DNA from: Candidatus Bathyarchaeia archaeon
GTDB taxonomy: Archaea > Thermoproteota > Bathyarchaeia > 40CM-2-53-6
NCBI GenBank assembly: GCA_050013255.1
Contig: JBEKFP010000001.1
Coordinates: forward strand, 1,088,001 to 1,152,000
Reading direction: 5' to 3'
DNA length: 64,000 bases
Shown here: one piece after another, positions 57,240 through 64,000 of the stretch
How the letters are laid out: the number at the start of each line of letters is the position of its first letter
How positions within the stretch are numbered: position 1 is the first letter of the stretch
The notes under the pieces: model-generated
The model's database searches: none
Seen by the model: only the letters and a program-made list of their open reading frames with translations
Told to the model about the DNA's origin: nothing
Position numbers and translations under genes: made by a program

Positions 57240-57423
57240 CTCAATTCACCTCCAACAATTAACCCAACCTTAGGCGCTCTCAGTATTTAACGCGGCTTGG
57301 AGGAGAAATCAAAAAGGACGAATGTTCCACTTTTCTACCAAGTAGACACTGTCTTGTCTCGTGTTGGGTCACTCGCGCCTGCTGGGCTGGGTTGCGCAGA
57401 ACGTTGAACCCGTCGCTCCGTTC

Positions 57424-57606
57424 ATGGTTCGCCGAACAAAGCAGAAACTGCGCGAATCCGATCTTGAAGAAACTGAAACACTGTCGCTGAATACGAACGA
57501 GTTACCCTACGCTCTCGTGAACTTCGCCAAAGAAATGTTGACTGAAATCTCTGAGTTGAAGGTTAGACTTGAGAAACTCGAGAACAAGGCCTCAACACAC
57601 GCATAG
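57424..57606 (+). CDS. Small hypothetical protein with C-terminal coiled coil
   Basis: Heptad pattern MLTEISELKVRLEKLENK. Confidence 0.5.
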   Translation: MVRRTKQKLRESDLEETETLSLNTNELPYALVNFAKEMLTEISELKVRLEKLENKASTHA

Positions 57607-57788
57607 GTAGCTTATGGTAACAGTGAATTGTCAGAATCCCGTGCTCTACCCCACCTTCTCCACGAGAACATTTGACCCAGGATTCGGTGTCAACGACCCG
57701 GTCAAAATATAGGAGACGCATGGCACCTATCTACTTAGGTGTCGACTCAAGAGGGTCGTGAGAACCGTCAAGAACCGAGGTATGTCAA

Positions 57789-60554
57789 ATGGAGATTAAT
57801 GAGAAAGAATTCGCCGTCCCGTTCTTCAAGGAGAATGGGTTTCAGCGCAAGCAGTGTGAATGCTGCAAAGGTTACTTCTGGACTCAGAAGCCTGACGAGA
57901 AATTCTGTGGCGACAGCCCGTGCGTTCGATACTCGTTTATTGGGAAACCTCCGGCTAAGCGGCGGTACTCGATTCATGACATGCGTGAATTATTCTTGTC
58001 ATTCTTTGAACGGAATGGACACAAAAGGATCAACCCGTACCCTGTTGTGGCACGGTGGCGAGATGACGTCTTCCTTGTGGGAGCGTCGATCTACGATTTC
58101 CAGCCCTACGTTACCGAAGGTATGATTCCGCCACCAGCAAACCCCCTCGTCGTCAGTCAGCCATCCATCAGGTTCACGGACATAGACAATGTCGGCCCAA
58201 CATTGGGGCGCCATGAGCTAATGTTCGAAATGGGAGGCGCTCACGCCTTCAACTACCCTGACAAGGAGGTCTACTGGATGGACCAGACAATCCGTTACCA
58301 CCACGAGCTGGCCACTGAAGAGTTCGGTCTGAAGTCGGAATCGGTTTCATACAAGGAGCATTTCTGGTCAGGGGGTGGAAACGCTGGTCCCGACCTTGAG
58401 TGTCTTAGCGCCGGACTAGAAATCTCTACCCTAGTCTTTATGCAGTACAAGGTTCAGGGCGATCAGCTCGTCAAACTCCCGATCCGAACCGTCGACACGG
58501 GATACGGGATAGAGCGTTGGGCATGGTTAAGCCAGGGAACAGCCAGCGCTTTCGAGGTCCTTTACGGTCAGGTACTAGACAGAATCTTCCAACTAGCGAA
58601 TCTCAAGTATGACGAGAAGCTGGTTGCAAAAGTGGTTCCGTATTCGAGTTACATGAACATCGAACGCAACGAGAGCCGTACTGATGCTCGAAAGAAAGTT
58701 GCCGAAAGCATAGGCATGGATTGGAGGGAGCTCGAGAAGGCTCTTACGCCGATTGAAAGCGCGATGGCGGTTGCCGATCACACAAAGGCAATTGCCTTCC
58801 TACTGTCAGAGGGCGTTGTTCCTTCAAACGTTGAAGCAGGCTACCTCACGCGTTTGCTGATTCGACGGACCTACCGAATGCTGCGCCAGTTGGGCATTGA
58901 GGATAAGATGCTGGACATAATCGACGCCCAAGTAGACTATTGGGGTGGCGACTTCCCTCAGCTAAAAGGAATGAAACGTGAGATAGCAGAAGAAATCAAG
59001 TCAGAAGAATCCAAGTATCGAAAAACAATCGAACGGGGCTCAGATCTAGTAAAGAAAATTGCAAGTGACCTGAAAACGAAGGGACTTAAAGAAATCCCGC
59101 CGCAAACTCTTGTTGACTTGTATGACTCTCACGGAATGGTTCCGGACATAGTGCGAGAGATAGCAGAACCGCTAGGGGTATCGGTGGATCCTCCGGGAAA
59201 CTTCTATGGAATGGTCGCCCAGAAGCATTTGTCTGTAAAGCGCGTTTCAGAGGAAGAAACAGAATCGAAAGTGATTGACTCACTGAAGGACAAAGTCAGC
59301 GGGCTCCAGGACACTGCCCAATTATACTACAAAGACCCTTTCCAGAAAGAGTTCGAAGGAAAAGTAATCGCGATCCTCGAAAACAAGTTCGTCGTCTTGG
59401 ACCAAACCTGCTTCTACCCCGAAGGTGGGGGCCAACCCGGCGATATCGGAGTCTTTCAGACCTCTAATGGGCCAATCAAAGTCGTTGATACACAGAAGGT
59501 TACCCGAATCATAGTCCACCAAATAGAAGGTAAGCCCCCGCGCATTGGGGAAATCGTGCGAGGTTCAATTGAATGGAACAGGCGCATCAGTTTGATGCGT
59601 CATCATACAGGCACCCATTTGGTTTTGGGTGCGGCTAGGAGGGTGCTGGGTCAACATGCTTGGCAGGCCGGCGCGCAGAAGGGCGTTGATTCCAGCCGAA
59701 TTGACATATCGCATTACGAGAGAATCACGGAGGAACAGGTAAGAGAAATTGAAAGGCTTGCAACGGAAGTAGCCCTCCAAGATATCCCCGTAGAGTCCGA
59801 ATGGCTGCCCAGGGAGAAGGCTGAGCAGGCTTATGGGTTCAAGCTCTACCAAGGAGGCGTTGTGCCCGGCCGTGAAGTACGAGTAATCAAGATTGGCGAT
59901 TGGGACGTGGAAGCATGCGGCGGAACGCATTGCACTAGGACAGGACAGATTGGGACCATCAAGATTCTGCACACAGAGCGCATTCAGGACGGCGTAGAAC
60001 GAATAATATTCGCCGCAGGCACTCAAGCTCTACGCGCCTTCCAAGAACAGGAGAAGAAAATCAAAAACATTTCAACGATCGTCGAAGCGCCCATCGAAAA
60101 AGTAGACCAATACGTTCAGACCCTCGTTGAAGAAAGAACAAAACTGGCTAAACGCCTCGAAGAACTATCCAAACAATGGGCGGAGCAAGAGGCCGCAAAA
60201 CTTCTGCAGTCTACGAAGACGGTCGGCCGCATAAAGATGTGCTCTGCAAAATATGATCGTGGTGAAGAGAGCGATTTAGTCGCGTTGAACAACAAAATTG
60301 TTGAGAAAGAACCGAGCGCGGTCATTGTATTAATCCTCGTCAAGGATTCGGCCAGGGTCTTCGTCGGTGCAGGAAAAGATGCAATTGCGCAGGGTGTGAA
60401 CGCGGGGAAGCTTGCCAGCAAGCTTGCCGCAATGCTCGGCGGCGGTGGCGGGGGCAAAGACTACTTCGGCCAAGGCGGCGGAACAAACCTGAATGCGGTT
60501 AACGAAGTAATGCGGAACTCGGAATCGGCGCTGAAAGCAATGTTGACCAAGTGA
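57789..60554 (+). CDS. alaS: Alanine--tRNA ligase (archaeal type)
   Basis: YPVVARWRDD, DTGYGIER, editing HHTGTH and CGGTH, C-Ala GGGGGG. Confidence 0.97.
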   Translation: MEINEKEFAVPFFKENGFQRKQCECCKGYFWTQKPDEKFCGDSPCVRYSFIGKPPAKRRYSIHDMRELFLSFFERNGHKRINPYPVVARWRDDVFLVGASIYDFQPYVTEGMIPPPANPLVVSQPSIRFTDIDNVGPTLGRHELMFEMGGAHAFNYPDKEVYWMDQTIRYHHELATEEFGLKSESVSYKEHFWSGGGNAGPDLECLSAGLEISTLVFMQYKVQGDQLVKLPIRTVDTGYGIERWAWLSQGTASAFEVLYGQVLDRIFQLANLKYDEKLVAKVVPYSSYMNIERNESRTDARKKVAESIGMDWRELEKALTPIESAMAVADHTKAIAFLLSEGVVPSNVEAGYLTRLLIRRTYRMLRQLGIEDKMLDIIDAQVDYWGGDFPQLKGMKREIAEEIKSEESKYRKTIERGSDLVKKIASDLKTKGLKEIPPQTLVDLYDSHGMVPDIVREIAEPLGVSVDPPGNFYGMVAQKHLSVKRVSEEETESKVIDSLKDKVSGLQDTAQLYYKDPFQKEFEGKVIAILENKFVVLDQTCFYPEGGGQPGDIGVFQTSNGPIKVVDTQKVTRIIVHQIEGKPPRIGEIVRGSIEWNRRISLMRHHTGTHLVLGAARRVLGQHAWQAGAQKGVDSSRIDISHYERITEEQVREIERLATEVALQDIPVESEWLPREKAEQAYGFKLYQGGVVPGREVRVIKIGDWDVEACGGTHCTRTGQIGTIKILHTERIQDGVERIIFAAGTQALRAFQEQEKKIKNISTIVEAPIEKVDQYVQTLVEERTKLAKRLEELSKQWAEQEAAKLLQSTKTVGRIKMCSAKYDRGEESDLVALNNKIVEKEPSAVIVLILVKDSARVFVGAGKDAIAQGVNAGKLASKLAAMLGGGGGGKDYFGQGGGTNLNAVNEVMRNSESALKAMLTK

Positions 60555-63445
60555 TAATCATGCCTGTTGACTGGCTAGCGTTGGACAAGAAATGGCGGGA
60601 AGAATGGGCTAAGGCCAAAATTTTCGAGGCCGACCCCGACCCGAAGCGGCCGAAATGTTTCGTCACATTTCCCTTCGCATACATGAGCGGGCCCTTGCAC
60701 GTCGGGAGCGGCTTCACAGCCGCTAGAATCGACGTGTACGCGCGCTACAAACGGATGTGTGGGCTCAACGTCCTCTACCCGTGGGCTTGGCATTGGACTG
60801 GCAAGCCGCTTGCCGGCGCGGCTGAGCGCATCAAAATGGGAGACGAAGAATTCATTCGACCGATCAGGGAGGTAGACGAGGTCCCAGAGGAACATCTGAA
60901 GAAGTTTGTTGACCCCGCGTATATGGCGAAGTATTACACTGACGTCAATCGTGACGCGATAAAGCGTTTGGGGATATCGGTAGATTGGCGAAGAGACTTT
61001 CACACAAGTTCTCTGGACGAGGCTTTCAGCAAATTTGTTGTTTGGCAATACCTGCGCCTTCGAGACAAGGGGTATGTCATCAAAGGTACACACCCTGTAG
61101 TCTGGTGCCCGAAAGACGAAAGCCCAACGGGCGATCACGATAGACTGGAGGGCGAAGGAGTCAGACCGGAAGAATTCATTCTAATGAAGTTCAAGATGGG
61201 AGAAATCTTCTTGCCCTGCGCAACTTTCAGGCCCGAGACAATCTACGGCGTCACTAATCTCTGGGTCAACCCTCACGGTGAGTACGTCGAGGCCGACGTG
61301 AACGGAGAACATTGGATCATAAGCAGACCCGCATCAGAAAAATTCCGCAACCAGCTGAAAAATGTCACCGTTATCAGGAACCTGAAGGGCGCTGAACTTG
61401 TGGGCAAGAAATGCTTTGACCCCATTCAGAACAGAGAGCTATTGATCTTACCTGGAACATTCGTGAACACAAATAACGCGTCCGGCTTGGTGTACAGCGT
61501 TCCCGCACACGCCCCGTTCGACTGGCTTGCATTAAGAGACATTCAGAAGAATCCGGCGACCGTGGAGGGCTTCGCCGTTAAGCCTGATGAAGTTTCAGCG
61601 ATTCAACCCATCTCAATAATATCGGTCGAAGGCTACGGTGAATTCCCAGCAATAGAGATCGTTGACCGCATGAGAATTCGTGACCAAAACGACCCGTTAG
61701 CTGAAGAAGCGACGAAGGAAATTTACAAGGCAGAATTTCACAGCGGTTTTCTCAAAGATGGTTGTGGCCCCTACTCCAAGCAGAAGGTTGCGAACGTCAA
61801 GCAATCTCTTGTGGCTGAATTCAGAAGAAAGGGAATCGCGGACGTAATGTACGAGCTGCCGCAGCGCGTTGTTTGCCGATGCACAACTGAATGTGTAGCA
61901 AAAATCCTGGCGGACCAATGGTTCCTGAAGTACTCTGACCCAGAATGGAAAGAACGGACACACGGGGCAATTTCCAAGATGGCATTTTATCCAGAGGAGG
62001 CTAGACCATGGATCAACAGCATTATCGATTGGCTGCAAGACTGGCCTTGCGCGCGAAAAAGAGGACTAGGCACACCTCTTCCCTGGAGTCCGGACTGGAT
62101 CGTAGAGACGCTTAGCGACTCAACGATTTACATGGCGTACTACATGGTGAGCAAATTTGTCAATGCAGGGGACATCAAAGCCGAGCAGCTCATCCCTGAG
62201 GTTTTCGATTTCGTATTCTACGGGGCGGGGAAGCCTGAAGAACTGAGCAAGCAAACCGGTGCAGACCGAAGAGTCTTGGAGAAGATACGAGAAGAGTTTC
62301 TGTACTGGTACCCAGTCGATTTACGCAACTCAGGCAAGGACTTGGTGGGCAATCACCTTAGTTTCTTCGTTTTCCAACACGTTGCCCTCTTCGAACAGCG
62401 CTTTTGGCCTCGCGCGATTGGTGTAAACGGTTTCATGCTTGCGGAAGGCCGCCCGATGCACAAGTCCCAGGGTAACTTCATTCCGATTTGGAAGGCCTGC
62501 GACGAATATGGAGCGGATGCAGTACGCTGCACCGCCCTATTGGCCGCCGAAGGGATGGACGACCCAGATTGGCGTTCCGAAAACGTTCGTGATGTCAGGG
62601 GTAGGCTGGAAGCCTTCCTGAGTCTAACTGAAGAAATCGCCGCGAGGCCTGACCAGCGGACTTCAAATGGCCATCTGGAAAACTGGCTAATGGGCCGAAT
62701 CAACTCTAAGGTTAGGGCGGTTTCTGAAGCTATCGAGAAAATGAAGACTCGCACGGCGTTGGCCGCCGCCCTGTATGACGTGTGGAACGACCTGCGGTGG
62801 TACGAGCGACGCGCTGCTAGACCTGATTCGCCCACGGTCAAAGGTTTCATCTCAATTTGGATTCGATTGATGGCACCTTTCTCACCCCATCTAGCTGAGG
62901 AAGCCTGGCGAAGAGTTGACCAACGCGGCTTCGTGTCAACTTCAGAATGGCCGGAATTCAAGGAACTAATGGTTGATGAGAAATCTAATGAATTGGAGGT
63001 GCTCGTGAGGCAGACGCTCGATGACACTCAAGAAATTATAGCTACTACAAAGATCGCGCCAAAGAGAGTGCACTATTACACCGCCGCCAAGTGGAAGTGG
63101 CGAGTCTACGGCGAAGCCTTGACTAGAGCTAACTCGCAACCTGAAACGCTGAACGGGCTAATCAGAGACATGCTCGCTGCAAAAGCATCTTCAGCGAAAG
63201 ACCTACCGAAATTTGCTGTGAAGATAATCCAGCAAGCAAGAACAATGCCCGCCGAATTGCGCGAACGAAGACTGAAGATAGGAGAGATTGACGAAAGGAA
63301 AGCGTTTGATGAAGCGCGGGACTTTTTCGCTAGGGAATTGAAGGTTGAGGTTCAGGTCCACGGCGAAGACGAGGAAGGGATGTATGATCCGAAAGGCCGC
63401 GCGAAATTAGCTGAACCATACAGGCCTGCAATCTTCGTCGAGTAG
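60551..63445 (+). CDS. leuS: Leucine--tRNA ligase (archaeal type)
   Basis: GDHDR, CP1 ATFRPET and SVPAHAPFD, LSDSTIYMAYY, GKDL, C-terminal PYRPAIFVE; signature motifs read HVGS and PMHKS. Confidence 0.95.
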   Translation: MIIMPVDWLALDKKWREEWAKAKIFEADPDPKRPKCFVTFPFAYMSGPLHVGSGFTAARIDVYARYKRMCGLNVLYPWAWHWTGKPLAGAAERIKMGDEEFIRPIREVDEVPEEHLKKFVDPAYMAKYYTDVNRDAIKRLGISVDWRRDFHTSSLDEAFSKFVVWQYLRLRDKGYVIKGTHPVVWCPKDESPTGDHDRLEGEGVRPEEFILMKFKMGEIFLPCATFRPETIYGVTNLWVNPHGEYVEADVNGEHWIISRPASEKFRNQLKNVTVIRNLKGAELVGKKCFDPIQNRELLILPGTFVNTNNASGLVYSVPAHAPFDWLALRDIQKNPATVEGFAVKPDEVSAIQPISIISVEGYGEFPAIEIVDRMRIRDQNDPLAEEATKEIYKAEFHSGFLKDGCGPYSKQKVANVKQSLVAEFRRKGIADVMYELPQRVVCRCTTECVAKILADQWFLKYSDPEWKERTHGAISKMAFYPEEARPWINSIIDWLQDWPCARKRGLGTPLPWSPDWIVETLSDSTIYMAYYMVSKFVNAGDIKAEQLIPEVFDFVFYGAGKPEELSKQTGADRRVLEKIREEFLYWYPVDLRNSGKDLVGNHLSFFVFQHVALFEQRFWPRAIGVNGFMLAEGRPMHKSQGNFIPIWKACDEYGADAVRCTALLAAEGMDDPDWRSENVRDVRGRLEAFLSLTEEIAARPDQRTSNGHLENWLMGRINSKVRAVSEAIEKMKTRTALAAALYDVWNDLRWYERRAARPDSPTVKGFISIWIRLMAPFSPHLAEEAWRRVDQRGFVSTSEWPEFKELMVDEKSNELEVLVRQTLDDTQEIIATTKIAPKRVHYYTAAKWKWRVYGEALTRANSQPETLNGLIRDMLAAKASSAKDLPKFAVKIIQQARTMPAELRERRLKIGEIDERKAFDEARDFFARELKVEVQVHGEDEEGMYDPKGRAKLAEPYRPAIFVE

Positions 63446-63490
63446 TGGGCACTGCAAGCTTTAAGCTAGAAGAGCTTGTAGTCCGAGTTC

Positions 63491-63613
63491 GGGCTCGTAG
63501 CTCAGTCTGGATAGTGCTTGCAGGTTGAGCATCTAAAGCACAGGCCCTCTAAACGCTTTGTAAAAAGCGGGGGACGCCTGGGGTCCGGGGTTCGAATCCC
63601 CGCGGGCCCGCCA
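63491..63613 (+). tRNA. tRNA-Arg(TCT) with two introns: 22/23 (63515-63536) and 38/39 (63553-63575)
   Basis: Spliced GGGCTCG TA GCTC AGTCTGGATA GAGC A CAGGC CC TCT AA GCCTG GGGTC CGGGG TTCGAAT CCCCG CGGGCCC G CCA; Arg identity elements A20 and G73; central helices GGAT/ATCT and CTCT/GGGG. Confidence 0.88.
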
Positions 63614-63810
63614 CACCATCGGTTCCAGACCAACGTCTGGCAAATACCGGAAAAGCCGTTTCTAAGATTAACGTCAATTACGGATGAAAGCGCGCGTGCA
63701 CCGTAATTACAGGAGTTCAATTCTGATTGCCCGCACCATTAGACCCACACACACTGTAATAGATTTGTGTAAATCTATCCCACTTAGTCTTCTTCTGGTG
63801 GAATTGCGCG

Positions 63811-64000
63811 ATGGAACGCCATCCCGACAATACCGCGTTTCGTGCCGCAATATTGCGCGCTGTCCACCAGCTCATCGATGAAGAACCAAAGATTCTCAAC
63901 GACCCTATCGTGCTTCGACTTCTCGACGCACCGACCCTTGACTATGTTCGCTTGAACCCGGATAAGTTCCGGACAGCTAGGATGAACGCGTTACGCTCGC
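63811..64000 (+). CDS. SAM-dependent methyltransferase, leucine carboxyl methyltransferase / YktD-like; partial
   Basis: MERHPDNTAFRAAILRAVHQLIDEEPKILNDPIVLRLL matches the TA..A..RA.H...DP N-terminal pattern of the family. Confidence 0.7.
   Translation, partial: MERHPDNTAFRAAILRAVHQLIDEEPKILNDPIVLRLLDAPTLDYVRLNPDKFRTARMNALRS

Noticed and set aside
57113-57290. tmRNA-like appearance: tag-like ...EYVA-stop in a hairpin loop, a T-arm-like hairpin, and alaS next door
   Set aside because: No acceptor stem with G3-U70, no TTC T-loop and no CCA end; the unit is too short and the ORF has its own SD and start.
62353-63027. 224-aa antisense ORF and similar shadow ORFs across the window
   Set aside because: They mirror the frames of well-supported genes and have no motifs.
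63541-63580. Reading the anticodon as CTA (amber suppressor or tRNA-Pyl)
   Set aside because: A CT-CTA-AA loop breaks the CAGGC/GCCTG stem and the BHB cut sites; A20 and G73 indicate Arg.

Overview
Archaeal chromosomal segment, most likely TACK/Bathyarchaeia-like. This assignment is inferred from the archaeal informational genes, BHB tRNA introns, a CFI-box-CTERM protein and frequent TTG starts. Most of the window is housekeeping: cdc48, EF-1beta, fen1, trm5, trm112, nep1, rpp21, an r-protein/secE/spt5/ftsY cluster, alaS, leuS, ppsA, ETF with a membrane Fe-S oxidoreductase, and a nucleotide-sugar/N-glycosylation cluster carrying two TrmB paralogs. The left end holds an ECF transporter with a creatininase-family hydrolase and a partial proline-racemase-family gene. 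The strongest signals are not in the ORF track. (1) All four tRNA genes are split, with 8 BHB-type introns in total and none at canonical 37/38. tRNA-Phe has three introns; the first, at 8/9, uses the 5' acceptor strand to build its BHB, and a 5' leader is complementary to the displaced 3' acceptor strand. (2) Two GTTAC-N5-GTAAC palindromes flank the TATA box upstream of cdc48. (3) A clean ~4 kb inversion lies inside the translation superoperon. (4) A single-pass membrane protein ends in a catalytically degenerate KaiC-like domain. (5) Several micro-ORFs are missing from the track, and two reading frames lack a canonical start codon. No CRISPR array, rRNA, transposase or integrase was recognised.
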